DNA of 59,054 nucleotides, taken from assembly GCA_037137535.1 (NCBI GenBank), contig JBAXKC010000016.1:1-59054 (forward strand), given 5' to 3'. Numbering within the stretch: the stretch's first letter is position 1; every line of letters begins with the position of its first letter. The position numbers and the translations under genes are program-made. Shown here piece by piece: positions 42,322 to 52,680 of this stretch. Source of the DNA: a bacterium. GTDB lineage: Bacteria; Cyanobacteriota; Vampirovibrionia; Gastranaerophilales; JBAXKC01. A model generated the notes under the pieces. It did no database searches. It was not told the DNA's origin and was given only the letters and a program-made list of their open reading frames with translations.

Positions 42322-43653
42322 ATGAATAGAAAACCTATCGTAGCAATTGTAGGAAGACCAAACGTTGGCAAATCAACACTCGTAAATAGACTTATCGGAT
42401 CCAGAGCGTCTATCGTTGATGATATGCCAGGTGTAACAAGAGATAGAATATATTTTGAAGTAGAATGGGCAAGCAGACATTTTACTATTGTTGATACAGG
42501 CGGAATTATCCCAGGGATGGAAGATGAAATCATGGTTTCTATCTATTCTCAGGCAGAAATTGCGGCTATGCAAGCAGATGCAATAATATTTGTTGTTGAC
42601 GGACTTGAAGGAATAACTCCTGTTGATGAAGAAATTGCAAATATTTTAAGAAGATATGACAAAAGAGTCTTTTTAACAGTAAACAAAATTGACAGCCCCG
42701 AAAAAATGCCTAATATAGCTGATTTCTATGAATTAGCAATGGGTGATCCGTATGCAATATCAAGTTTACACGGGTCAGGCGGTGTCGGAGATCTTCTTGA
42801 TGATGTAATCGATTATATTCCTGAATATATAAACGAAGAAAAAGAAAAAAATATAAAAGTTGCAATTGTAGGAAAGCCAAATGCAGGAAAATCCTCATTA
42901 TTTAACGCTCTTATCGGTGAAGACAGAGTAATTGTGAGTGAAGTAGCCGGAACAACAAGAGATGCTATCGATACAGAATTTGAACACGAAGGAACAAAAT
43001 ACACTCTTGTTGATACAGCAGGAATGAGAAAAAAATCTAAAGTAGACTTTGGTGTAGAAAGTTTCTCGGTTAATCGTTCAATAAAAGCAATAAAAAGTGC
43101 TGATGTTACCTTATTGATGGTTGATGCTCTTGAAGGTTTGACCGATCAAGATAAAAAAATCATTAATTTAAGTACAGAACATGGTAGAGCGATAATAATT
43201 GCAGTAAATAAATGGGATTTAGTCGAAGATAAAACTTCAACAACAATCAATGAATTTACTAAAAAAATCAGACAGGATTGTCCTTTTATTAATTATGTGC
43301 CGATTGTTTTCATAAGTGCAGTAACTAAGCAAAGATTAACTAATTTATTCCCGATGATTAATGAAGCTTATGAATCTGCTAATAAAAGAGTTCAAACAAG
43401 TGTATTTAACAGAGTTATTATGGAAGCCTTTGCCCTTAATCCGCCTCCAATAGGCTCAGGCAAGAGATTAAAAGCATACTACTCATTACAGGTAAGCGTA
43501 GGACCTCCTACTTTTGCTTTATTCGTTAATGATGAAAAGCTAATTCAACAAAATTACATGAGATACCTGGAAAACAAAATCAGAGAAGCCTTTGGTTTTA
43601 CTGCTACACCAATAAAAATAGTAATTAAACAAAAGAAATCTAAAGAAAAATAA
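42322..43653 (+). CDS. der: Ribosome biogenesis GTPase Der (EngA)
   Basis: Two G domains (GRPNVGKS/DTGG/NKID and GKPNAGKS/DTAG/NKWD) plus a KH-like tail. Confidence 0.98.
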   Translation: MNRKPIVAIVGRPNVGKSTLVNRLIGSRASIVDDMPGVTRDRIYFEVEWASRHFTIVDTGGIIPGMEDEIMVSIYSQAEIAAMQADAIIFVVDGLEGITPVDEEIANILRRYDKRVFLTVNKIDSPEKMPNIADFYELAMGDPYAISSLHGSGGVGDLLDDVIDYIPEYINEEKEKNIKVAIVGKPNAGKSSLFNALIGEDRVIVSEVAGTTRDAIDTEFEHEGTKYTLVDTAGMRKKSKVDFGVESFSVNRSIKAIKSADVTLLMVDALEGLTDQDKKIINLSTEHGRAIIIAVNKWDLVEDKTSTTINEFTKKIRQDCPFINYVPIVFISAVTKQRLTNLFPMINEAYESANKRVQTSVFNRVIMEAFALNPPPIGSGKRLKAYYSLQVSVGPPTFALFVNDEKLIQQNYMRYLENKIREAFGFTATPIKIVIKQKKSKEK

Positions 43654-43660
43654 AGAACTT

Positions 43661-43695
43661 AAAAACCGCTAATACAAATCTATTAGCGGTTTTTT
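43661..43695 (+). terminator. Intrinsic terminator after der
   Basis: aaaaaccgctaata...tattagcggttttt. Confidence 0.8.
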
Positions 43696-43720
43696 ATTGC
43701 TTAAAACAGTCGATAGCATG

Positions 43721-43749
43721 TCAATTATTAGGATTCAGATGTTTTATTA
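43721..43749 (+). promoter_or_regulatory. Conserved bipartite upstream motif, site 6
   Basis: TCAATT-N13-TGTTTT-ATTA, 31 nt before the ATG at 43781. Confidence 0.65.
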
Positions 43750-43780
43750 ATAATAAGTATATTTTTTATTGGGGCATAAA

Positions 43781-45580
43781 ATGATAAGCAATATTAACAG
43801 ATTAGCTTTTACAGCAGAGAAAAAAGAAATTCATTCCAGCCAAAAACAGCCTACATCACTATTAAAAGGAAATGCTGAAACAGATAAAGCTGTATTATCA
43901 ACTAATAAAAATAAAACACAAGAAACAAAAAAAAGTGGGCTACCTCCGTTTAAAACAGTGGCACTTGCTTCTTTAGGCGCAGTTGCAACTGTTATTGCAG
44001 GAATTATGATCTTTGAAAGCAATAAAGCTCAAATTACAGGTTGGTTTAAAGAAACTTTTGGGACAGTAGAACCGAAATTATCGGATGCCTCTGAAAAGGC
44101 TTCAACTATAGTAGCAGAAACTCTTTCAAGTGAAGCAAGTAGTGGATTAAGCGAAAAAACAACAGAAACCATTTCTAATATAGTAAATAATGGTGAAGTT
44201 ATTACACCGACTATTATTGAAAAAGGAAAAGAAATAATTACTCAAGTTAAAGATAAAACTGAAGAAATAAAAAATACCGTTACAAATAAAACCGTTGAAG
44301 TATTAACCACCATAACCGATGGGCTTCATGATGTAGCAAACACAGTAATAAACGGTAAAAAACAAGAAGTTGTTCCTTCTGTTCTTAGTGAAGCAGAAAG
44401 TAAGATGGTAGAAACCGCTCAAAATATAAATAATGCAACTGATAAAACTGATAAAGTAAAATTAGTAAAACAAACTTTAGACACAATAGCTCCGACAACA
44501 GAATATGTTCAAGCAAATATTCATAAAATAAACGAAGCAGAAAAAAAATTAGCACAAATTAGTACAGATATTTCTCAACAAATTAAAACAGATGCACAAA
44601 AAGCCACAACACAATTGATAGAAGAAACAATAGCCCCAGTCAGCAATGAAGCAACTCAACAAGTTAAAACAATGACAGAAGTGGCAAAAGAAAAAATAAC
44701 CGAAGTAAGTAGCCAAGCTAAACAAGAAGTTAAAGCAGAAACACCTAAAAAAGCACTAGAAATATTGCATACAGAAAAACAAGTACAAATCCAAAACAAA
44801 CAAGTAGCCGAACAGCAAGTCAAAGAAGCAGAAAAAGAATTGAAAGCGTTGTCTGACAATATTGATAAGCCTTTAATTGACATTGTAGATGAAGAAAAAA
44901 TAAAACTTACTGATAAACAGTTAGAAACAGCCTGTGAACAACTTGTTATATCGGGAGAAAACTCTACAGATAAAGCAATCAGAGCAGAAGAAGCCTTTAA
45001 TAGATTGGTTACAGGGGAAACAAAGCCTGAAGAAGCTAAAAAACAACTGGAAAAAGCAGTTGAAACAATAAAAGCAGCAGGTGAACCAGAAAAAGCGAAA
45101 TTACTCGAACAACAATACGAAGGGAAAGTTGCCAGTCTTGATCCAAAAATAATGGAGGAGCAAAAAGCTGCAACCAAAGCCGCAAATGAAATTCATGCTA
45201 AATTAGCCGTTAGTAATTTTGAGATTCATCTTGAAAATGAGAAGAATATGACAAAACTCAAAGCAAAATATGAAGAAACAATAAAACAACTTGAAAAACA
45301 TGGAACAGAAGAACAAAAAACACAATTTATAAAAACAAATAAATCTAAAGTTGATACTGCCATTGCAAAGGCTGAGGGAACGGCAGAAAAAATCGTAACT
45401 GAATTTGATAAACTTTTAAACGATGAAAAAAATGTCAAAGCAGTTAAAGCTAAATACACAGAAACACTAAAACAGCTACAAGAATTAGGATTAACAACGC
45501 AAGCGGAAGAATTCAAAAAAGCTAATGAAGCTAAAGTCAATGAATTAAAATCAAAAATTATGTTTGGAATATTTGGCTAA
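43781..45580 (+). CDS. Hypothetical single-TM, long coiled-coil protein with LAFTA leader
   Basis: MISNINRLAFTA, TM VALASLGAVATVIAGIMIF, then about 500 aa of E/K/T/A-rich helical sequence. Confidence 0.75.
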   Translation: MISNINRLAFTAEKKEIHSSQKQPTSLLKGNAETDKAVLSTNKNKTQETKKSGLPPFKTVALASLGAVATVIAGIMIFESNKAQITGWFKETFGTVEPKLSDASEKASTIVAETLSSEASSGLSEKTTETISNIVNNGEVITPTIIEKGKEIITQVKDKTEEIKNTVTNKTVEVLTTITDGLHDVANTVINGKKQEVVPSVLSEAESKMVETAQNINNATDKTDKVKLVKQTLDTIAPTTEYVQANIHKINEAEKKLAQISTDISQQIKTDAQKATTQLIEETIAPVSNEATQQVKTMTEVAKEKITEVSSQAKQEVKAETPKKALEILHTEKQVQIQNKQVAEQQVKEAEKELKALSDNIDKPLIDIVDEEKIKLTDKQLETACEQLVISGENSTDKAIRAEEAFNRLVTGETKPEEAKKQLEKAVETIKAAGEPEKAKLLEQQYEGKVASLDPKIMEEQKAATKAANEIHAKLAVSNFEIHLENEKNMTKLKAKYEETIKQLEKHGTEEQKTQFIKTNKSKVDTAIAKAEGTAEKIVTEFDKLLNDEKNVKAVKAKYTETLKQLQELGLTTQAEEFKKANEAKVNELKSKIMFGIFG

Positions 45581-45582
45581 AA

Positions 45583-45613
45583 TAAAAACCGACCTTTTTA
45601 CAGGTCGGTTTTA
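45583..45613. terminator. Bidirectional terminator
   Basis: aaaaccgacct...aggtcggtttt between convergent genes. Confidence 0.8.
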
Positions 45614-45619
45614 TTATGA

Positions 45620-46642
45620 TTAAATTTGTTGTCGAACATTGACAGGATTTGAAAATATCCATGGTTTGCCATTAACATAAGCTTCAAAGCGGTATTTCCC
45701 CGATTTATTTCCTCGATAAATTAACTTATTAGAATTAATCTGCTCTTGACGCTCACCATTACAATATAAATTAATTTTCGCTTTTTTGGGTAATTTTATA
45801 CATATAGAGAAATTATGACAAAACTCTAAATCATATCCGCTAAAAGCTTTATACTTCTCCGTAAAAGCATAAAACTCTACATTTTGTGACTTTTTACTTT
45901 TTGAACGGTTAATTATTAAGTTTTTACCGTCTTTTAAAGCCTTTAACACTTGGATTTTAGCAAGATTAAAATCATCAGACAAATTCTCTTCAAGACAAAG
46001 AAAATTAGTTAGCGTTTTAAAACTTGTTAAGTACGGAAACACACAAATAGGACCAAACATTAAGGCATGTACATCTAATCCGCCAATTGCAGGAATAATA
46101 ACAGAATGATCATTGTTTAACTTGTCCCACCATTGCATAACTTCAAGCTGTGGGCCTTTAAGAATATGCTCTCTTCTAAGAAGCGAATATATTCCTATTT
46201 TTTCATGGTAATTATCAGCCCAATCTGAAAGATGATTCCATATTTCTAAACCGTAAAAGCCCTTTACTGATTGATCAGTCCATCTTAAAGGACGAATATT
46301 ATTTTTTCTGCTCTTGCTTTCGGCAGGATGTGCAATAAAACCAAAACCGCCTTTATTATTGGTTTCGTTTATCACTTCCTGTGGCGACAGCTTTTCTGAG
46401 ATAACTTCGTTTAATCCTAATGCAAGAAAATGATCGGAAGTCGGAGGTGAAGTTTCTTGACCTATAATTACGGCAACACCATCGTGCCAGCCTTCTTCCT
46501 CTAATCCGTCAAGATTATTATGGTCAGTAATTACAATCCATTTTAATCCTGCTTTTTTTGCATATTTTGCAATTTCAGGAATGGTTGAAGTTCCGTCAGA
46601 ATGTTTACTATGAATATGAATTGCCCCTTCACATAAATGCAT
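45620..46642 (-). CDS. PHP-domain metallohydrolase
   Basis: HIHSKHSDG, ITDHN, AHP, EIWN and GGLDVH. Confidence 0.9.
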   Translation of the reverse strand: MHLCEGAIHIHSKHSDGTSTIPEIAKYAKKAGLKWIVITDHNNLDGLEEEGWHDGVAVIIGQETSPPTSDHFLALGLNEVISEKLSPQEVINETNNKGGFGFIAHPAESKSRKNNIRPLRWTDQSVKGFYGLEIWNHLSDWADNYHEKIGIYSLLRREHILKGPQLEVMQWWDKLNNDHSVIIPAIGGLDVHALMFGPICVFPYLTSFKTLTNFLCLEENLSDDFNLAKIQVLKALKDGKNLIINRSKSKKSQNVEFYAFTEKYKAFSGYDLEFCHNFSICIKLPKKAKINLYCNGERQEQINSNKLIYRGNKSGKYRFEAYVNGKPWIFSNPVNVRQQI

Positions 46643-48579
46643 TAGGAAACAAAACCTCCTTCTTTAACAACTTTCTCGATGGTTTGCACTAGAGAAACAG
46701 AGAAATTATTCCAGTAATATTCTTTTAAGTCGTCTTTTTTCAAAAATGGAGTAACAATTGACGAACGTAATACTTTAACAATACTTCCATCTTGCTGCCA
46801 TTCATTAATATCTATTCCAAGCTGATTAAGAGCTTTATTCAAAGCATTTCCATAAATTTCATAGCCTAAATCTGTACTTGATACAACGAAATCATGCGCC
46901 GCAGCTACTTTATCAGTTGAAAAAGAAAGCTCATCAATTAAAATAGAATTAATTCTATTCATTTGATCTAAAGAGGTATTTCCTTTGATATTAAAGCAAT
47001 ACAAGAGAATATCTATATCAGGACGGTTTAATATCTGTGTTTCAACAAATACTTCCTTACCGTCTATATTTAATTTTATAGGATTTAAAGACTCTAATAG
47101 TTCATAAAACACAGCAGCATTATTGACAGGAATTGAAATAATTTCCCCATAACCGTTTTTATTAAGCGGAACTACCTTATGAGCTAGCCAACAAGCAGCC
47201 GCAGCGGCTCCAGACTTTGAACCTTCAAGAATATAAGCACCAATATAGGCATCTTCATCATCTGATTTAGTTGTATTGTTAATATAAGGAGCTTTACATA
47301 ATGTTGCAGGCTTTACACGCTTATCTCTAAATACAATTGCACCAGCGGGATAAGGAATATATCCTAATTTATGAGGATCAATAGTAACGGAATCGACGTC
47401 TTTCATTGCCTCAAAAGCCTTATAAACTTTATTATCAGTCCATGACGGATCAACTGTATTTATTATTTCATCAAAAGCTCTGAATTCATTATTTTCATCT
47501 AAGAATAAACTTCTTGCATATCCGCCGTAAGCCGCATCTAAATGTATATAGAAAGAAGAATTATATTCTTTTTCATAATTATTTCTTATTGCAACTATCT
47601 CATCAATAGGGTCAACAGAACCGCATTCAGTAGTTCCTACAATTCCTATTACGGCTAAAACAGGTGATTTTGCTTCATAAAGAACTTTAAGTTTTTCCAT
47701 AAGGTCAGAAGATTTCATTCTAAAATTTTCATCAACTTCAACAGGAATAATGTTACTTCTGCCAATACCGAGGATTTCTGCCGCTTTCGGCCATGAATAA
47801 TGCTTTGAAGACGGCACAAGAATTTTTGAGGTAGGAACATCCGACATTCCAGAATGAGAAATATTTCTTTTATGTTTATAAACTTCCTGTTCTATATTAA
47901 AGCCCCAATCAATTTCAAAAAACTTGAAAGCAAGCTCAGAAAGACTTTCAGGAGAAAGCGATAAAAGCTCAAAATCTGTTTCTATCTCTAAGATTGATTT
48001 AATTGAACCGTTTGGCATTTGAACTTCAATATTTTTTTGATATTTAACAGCAATATCTTTTGCAACAAGAGAAAAATATTTAATATTTCTGATAACCCAA
48101 AGAGCTTCAATATTAGCAACTGTGCCGCCACTTGTAAGATGCGCCCATGACTTAACGGGATCAAAGCCCATCATTGCCGCAAGATCACGTCCTACTTCAA
48201 TTTCCATCTCTGAAGTAACAGGAGAAGACTCATACGAAACATTATTAGGATTATAGAGCATTGTCGACAAATACCCCAAAAGAGCGGGCATAAGCAAATC
48301 TGAAATCATATGCCCGATATATCTTGGGGAATGATAAGGAACAGATTTTTTTAATTTTGAGAGAAGCTCATAAAACCTTGATTGAAAGACATCAACAGTT
48401 TCTTCATAAGGCTGTGAACGTTTATCTGTCTGTGAAAGAGCCAAAGGATCTTCAGGATGAAAATTTCGTCTCCAAAAAATATGATCCCTGAAAGCATCCA
48501 TCATAAGTTTTTCAAATAAATCAGCATTTTCTGCTTTAGGCCCTAGAAATAAGGCATTCGTATCCAGCTTTTCTCTCAT
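46642..48579 (-). CDS. PLP-dependent group II decarboxylase, tyrosine-decarboxylase-like
   Basis: LFLGPKAEN, PRYIGHM, GGTVAN, HLDAAYGG, DPHKLGYIPY and ILEGSK. Confidence 0.88.
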   Translation of the reverse strand: MREKLDTNALFLGPKAENADLFEKLMMDAFRDHIFWRRNFHPEDPLALSQTDKRSQPYEETVDVFQSRFYELLSKLKKSVPYHSPRYIGHMISDLLMPALLGYLSTMLYNPNNVSYESSPVTSEMEIEVGRDLAAMMGFDPVKSWAHLTSGGTVANIEALWVIRNIKYFSLVAKDIAVKYQKNIEVQMPNGSIKSILEIETDFELLSLSPESLSELAFKFFEIDWGFNIEQEVYKHKRNISHSGMSDVPTSKILVPSSKHYSWPKAAEILGIGRSNIIPVEVDENFRMKSSDLMEKLKVLYEAKSPVLAVIGIVGTTECGSVDPIDEIVAIRNNYEKEYNSSFYIHLDAAYGGYARSLFLDENNEFRAFDEIINTVDPSWTDNKVYKAFEAMKDVDSVTIDPHKLGYIPYPAGAIVFRDKRVKPATLCKAPYINNTTKSDDEDAYIGAYILEGSKSGAAAAACWLAHKVVPLNKNGYGEIISIPVNNAAVFYELLESLNPIKLNIDGKEVFVETQILNRPDIDILLYCFNIKGNTSLDQMNRINSILIDELSFSTDKVAAAHDFVVSSTDLGYEIYGNALNKALNQLGIDINEWQQDGSIVKVLRSSIVTPFLKKDDLKEYYWNNFSVSLVQTIEKVVKEGGFVS

Positions 48580-48592
48580 AACAATATATCCT

Positions 48593-49270
48593 TTAGTAAT
48601 CTGATTTTGTATCTTCTAACCCTTTTACAATACTTACGCCAGAGCTTGTTCCAATTCTTGTTGCTCCTGCTTTAATCATATTTATAGCATCTTCTGTTGT
48701 CTTTACTCCGCCACTGGCTTTAACTTCAAGCCCATGAGCAGAAACTGTATCTTTCATTAATTTTACAATTTTAGCAGTTGCTCCAACTCCACCTTTTGCA
48801 AAACCTGTTGAAGTTTTTACGAATTTTGCTCCGCCTTCAATACAGCATTTACAAGCTTCTACAACTTCATCTTCCGTTAAGAAATCCACTTCTAAAATAA
48901 CTTTTACAGGTCTTTCTTTAGAACATTCAACAACAATTTTTATATCTTCCGTAACAGCTTTGTAGTCTTTTTGTTTTAATTTTCCAATATTAATGACCAT
49001 ATCAACTTCATCAGCACCGTCATCAACAGCTTTAAAAGCTTCAAAGGATTTAACTTCAGGTAAATTTGCCCCTAAAGGGAAACCAACAACAGTTATAACT
49101 TTAATCCCGTAAGGTTTTAATTTTTTACTTACATAATCAACATAAACAGGATTTATGCAAACACCTAGAAAATTATTTTCTATTGCTTCATTAACAACCT
49201 TTTCAACATCGTTTACTGTACCTGTCGGACTAAGAAAGGTATGTTCGATAAATTGATTTAAATTTTCCAT
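48593..49270 (-). CDS. deoC: Deoxyribose-phosphate aldolase
   Basis: VVGFPLGA, GADEVDMV, FVKTSTGF, VKASGG and RIGTS. Confidence 0.97.
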   Translation of the reverse strand: MENLNQFIEHTFLSPTGTVNDVEKVVNEAIENNFLGVCINPVYVDYVSKKLKPYGIKVITVVGFPLGANLPEVKSFEAFKAVDDGADEVDMVINIGKLKQKDYKAVTEDIKIVVECSKERPVKVILEVDFLTEDEVVEACKCCIEGGAKFVKTSTGFAKGGVGATAKIVKLMKDTVSAHGLEVKASGGVKTTEDAINMIKAGATRIGTSSGVSIVKGLEDTKSDY

Positions 49271-49370
49271 AACGGTTCCCCCTTTAAAAAATAAAAAACA
49301 CGAAATTGCTAAAATTATATTATAATAAAAAAAGCTTTCCGTATGCTTAAAAATTAGAGAAACGAGTTAT

Positions 49371-50636
49371 ATGCCAAATAAAAATGATGACATAATAAAA
49401 ATATTAGAACCGATAGAACCTGTACTAAAGTCTTTTTTATCTGAAATTAAAAGAGATAATACTGATTTTGAACTAATTAAAACCGAAAATGCTTTAGATA
49501 GAATTTTATTTACAGAAATAAAAGCATTGCAGGATTTACCCTTATTTGACAGGGCACTTATTGACGGTTATGCGGTCAACTCTTTAAGTGTTTCAATGGC
49601 TGATGAAAACACTCCAATTGAGCTGGAAATAATTGACGACATAGACATAGGCGATGAGCATGTAATAAAACTTTGCTCAAATCAAGCCGTTAAAATTTCA
49701 ACAGGTGCAATGATTCCCCAAAATGCAGACATTGTAATACCTCCTGATTTCACTTACACAGAAAAAAATAAAGTTAAAATTTATAAAAGCTATGTATCAG
49801 GTGAAAATATTGCAAAAAGGGGCGATGACATAGCAGAAGGTGAAGTATTCATTGCTAAAAACAGAAAAATACGCCCACAAGATATTGGCGGAATTTTAGG
49901 AATAGGCATTAAAGAAATAAAAGTCTACAAAAAGCCCATCGTCAGTATTATCCCGACAGGAAATGAACTAATCTCTATCACTGAAGAAATCAGACCTGGG
50001 CAAGTACATGAGACAAACAGCTTTGTATTAAAAGGGCTTATTGAACAACTCGGCGGCATTGCAAAAATATGTCCTATCATAAAAGACAACCCTAAGCTAA
50101 TTGAAGAAGGAATTTTAAATATCATAAAGACTTCCGATATGATAATAATTTCAGGAGGAAGCTCGGTAGGAACAAAAGATTGCACTGTAAAAGCTATTTC
50201 AAACATAAAAAATTCCAAAATAACTGCTCATGGCATAGCAATAAGACCCGGAAAACATACCTTACTCTCATTTGTAGAAGATAAACCAGTTATCTGCCTG
50301 CCGGGAAATCCTGTTGCATGTGCAAATTCATTTCTAGTCTTTGCAAAACCTGCATTATTAGATTTAGCTGGAATTGAAAATTCTTTCTGGCAAGATAAAA
50401 AAGAAAATATTAAAATTTCAGCATTTCTTTTAAAAGATGTAGAATCGCCAATAGGTCGTGAAGATTATATAAGAGTAAGGCTCAGAAAAGGAATTAACGG
50501 AAAAATAACCGCTTATCCTTTTGCAGGAAAGTTTTCCTTCCTTTCAACATTAGTTAAAGCCCATGGTGTAATTAAAATACCTTATGACTGCACCAAGCTT
50601 TATGAAGGCGATATGGTTGAAGTAACTTTATTTTAA
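49371..50636 (+). CDS. moeA: Molybdopterin molybdotransferase
   Basis: DGYAV, ISTGA, TGNEL, SGGSSVG and LPGNP. Confidence 0.93.
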   Translation: MPNKNDDIIKILEPIEPVLKSFLSEIKRDNTDFELIKTENALDRILFTEIKALQDLPLFDRALIDGYAVNSLSVSMADENTPIELEIIDDIDIGDEHVIKLCSNQAVKISTGAMIPQNADIVIPPDFTYTEKNKVKIYKSYVSGENIAKRGDDIAEGEVFIAKNRKIRPQDIGGILGIGIKEIKVYKKPIVSIIPTGNELISITEEIRPGQVHETNSFVLKGLIEQLGGIAKICPIIKDNPKLIEEGILNIIKTSDMIIISGGSSVGTKDCTVKAISNIKNSKITAHGIAIRPGKHTLLSFVEDKPVICLPGNPVACANSFLVFAKPALLDLAGIENSFWQDKKENIKISAFLLKDVESPIGREDYIRVRLRKGINGKITAYPFAGKFSFLSTLVKAHGVIKIPYDCTKLYEGDMVEVTLF

Positions 50637-50654
50637 TATTTTAATTTCTAAAAC

Positions 50655-50693
50655 AATAAGAGGGTTTTATATCTTTAATAAAACCCTCTTATT
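50655..50693. terminator. Bidirectional terminator
   Basis: aataagagggttttat...ataaaaccctcttatt. Confidence 0.8.
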
Positions 50694-50719
50694 TTCAGTT
50701 ATAAGCTAATTAAGTTACA

Positions 50720-50866
50720 CTACATGAGATAGTTTTGTTCGTCCTCCATGTATTCTACATAATCCTCGATCGCAGCCATATTAACTTTCCACCTTTTATT
50801 TTTTGCATTTGTGGACTGTTTATTGGTTTGTGATAATTTTTGAACGTTTTTTTCTGCTGCTTTCAT
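50720..50866 (-). CDS. Small (48 aa) hypothetical protein
   Basis: Hand-translated MKAAEKNVQKLSQTNKQSTNAKNKRWKVNMAAIEDYVEYMEDEQNYLM; GGAG upstream, converges on the moeA terminator. Confidence 0.55.
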   Translation of the reverse strand: MKAAEKNVQKLSQTNKQSTNAKNKRWKVNMAAIEDYVEYMEDEQNYLM

Positions 50867-51265
50867 TATAAATAAAACTCCATGTTAGTGATTGAAAAAC
50901 TAAATATTAATTCAGAATAAATAAATTTATTCTTATTTTTTAAAGTCCTCCGTTTTTTAACACATTTGACATAACTAAACATTAACAAGTGCAATTTACG
51001 CACTTATCTCCAGTAATATAATTTACCTCCTGTTTTGTAAGACTTGTCAAAAAATTTTGTTTACGCTAAATTATTAGTAGGAAAAAAATTAAGCTATATA
51101 ACCTCCTGTAAAAAGATACTATTAAGACCACATTTAAGTCTATCATGAAGAGTCTAATTTTGCAATAAGGCTTTTTGGTTTTTGTATATTTTTTAAGATT
51201 AATATTTTACTTATTTCATCAAATAAAACAATTGGATTGTTTTACATTTAGGAGCTTTTTGACTT

Positions 51266-51922
51266 TTGGTTAAACGTGATTTTATTAAAAGAAATCCTAC
51301 TCCATTTCATAACAAATTTACTTTTATAGGTATTTCGTTAAGCCCTCTGGCAACAGCCGATTCAGGCATTGCGGTAATGGACAAAGATTTAAATATTCTT
51401 AGAATTGACAAATTTTATAACATAGAAGATTTTACTCAATATCTTTCATGCTTTGGACCTTGCGACAGTTCTGTTTTTTGTATTGATTTGCCAAAAAACA
51501 TTGCGATAGTAAACGGAAAATGGAGATATGAATCCCGATATACAAAGATGTTTAAATTAAGGGATCATGGGGAAAATAAATTCGTATGGGCTGAACGTTT
51601 TAGCGATAGAGGCGCTGACTTCTGCGATATGCTAAAAGGTGAAGGGCTTGATGTTTATAGACATTACAGCTATTTTACAAAAAACTCTCTCGATCTTTTA
51701 CCTCCATTTAAAGCAAGAACCCCATCTGCGGGTAGATACTTGCAAATGACAATAGAGGATAAACTGAATATTAAGGGAATACCTCCGAGTTTTCTTGCTT
51801 TATCAGGATTAGATGCGGTAATTGCTGCATATGCGGCATGGAAGTCTGTTAATACCGAAGAAAATAAAGGCTTTAAAATTCTTGGCGATTATAAAGAAAT
51901 TCCTATAATTTCAGCGCTTTAA
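51266..51922 (+). CDS. DUF429-like RNase-H-fold protein
   Basis: FIGISLS...SGIAV, CIDLP and LDAVIAAYAA; the usual first Asp (GID) reads GIS. Confidence 0.65.
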   Translation: MVKRDFIKRNPTPFHNKFTFIGISLSPLATADSGIAVMDKDLNILRIDKFYNIEDFTQYLSCFGPCDSSVFCIDLPKNIAIVNGKWRYESRYTKMFKLRDHGENKFVWAERFSDRGADFCDMLKGEGLDVYRHYSYFTKNSLDLLPPFKARTPSAGRYLQMTIEDKLNIKGIPPSFLALSGLDAVIAAYAAWKSVNTEENKGFKILGDYKEIPIISAL

Positions 51923-52025
51923 TTTACCTTCAATAAAACCATCAGCTATTTTACTGCTTAATTTAGCAAAATCTATTAGCTATATAATTTATACTATTGT
52001 GCTATATCTTCAGCGATCGTCTCTT

Positions 52026-52595
52026 TTAATAGTTTTTAGCATAGTAATATTTCATGTAATTAAGTGCAATAAAATTATTTAAAATATGCACAGAAATAGG
52101 CAAAAATAAGTTATTACTGACATGAAACAAATAACCGAAGAAAAAACCTATTCCCATAGCGTATATGCCATAAGGAATTGTTTTTTTATTTCCTACATGA
52201 AACCCGCCAAAAAGTAATGCCCCGATTAATATGCCAAAAACAGACTGAATTACACCTCTGAAAAACAACTCTTCCGCAAAACCTGAAATTAATGAAATCA
52301 TAATAACTTCAGGAAAAGTAATCTTTTTTAACATTGGCACGATATGATCATAGGCTTCTTTTAATTTTTTAAAAAAAGAAACGTATTTATATAAAAATTC
52401 AAGTGCAAAAATATTAGCAATTGTGAGTAATAAAGTAATAGGAATGGCAATTAATAAAGTTTTTACATTAAAATGAATAAAATTTACAGGATTTATTTTA
52501 AAAATCAGGAAATTTAAAAACACCGCAAATATAAACATTAATTCGGTTACAACCACTATCAGGGAAAAGTTTTCCACATGTAAATCATCATTCAT
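52026..52595 (-). CDS. CPBP (Abi/CAAX) family intramembrane metalloprotease
   Basis: AEELFFRG, FGGFH and HILNN; exact start uncertain (52595 or 52610). Confidence 0.9.
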   Translation of the reverse strand: MNDDLHVENFSLIVVVTELMFIFAVFLNFLIFKINPVNFIHFNVKTLLIAIPITLLLTIANIFALEFLYKYVSFFKKLKEAYDHIVPMLKKITFPEVIMISLISGFAEELFFRGVIQSVFGILIGALLFGGFHVGNKKTIPYGIYAMGIGFFFGYLFHVSNNLFLPISVHILNNFIALNYMKYYYAKNY

Positions 52596-52680
52596 TATAA
52601 TAACTCGCAATATTTAATTTTTTTATTTTACTTTTCAGATAAAATATACTAGGAACACAATTAAAATCATAGAAAATCTT

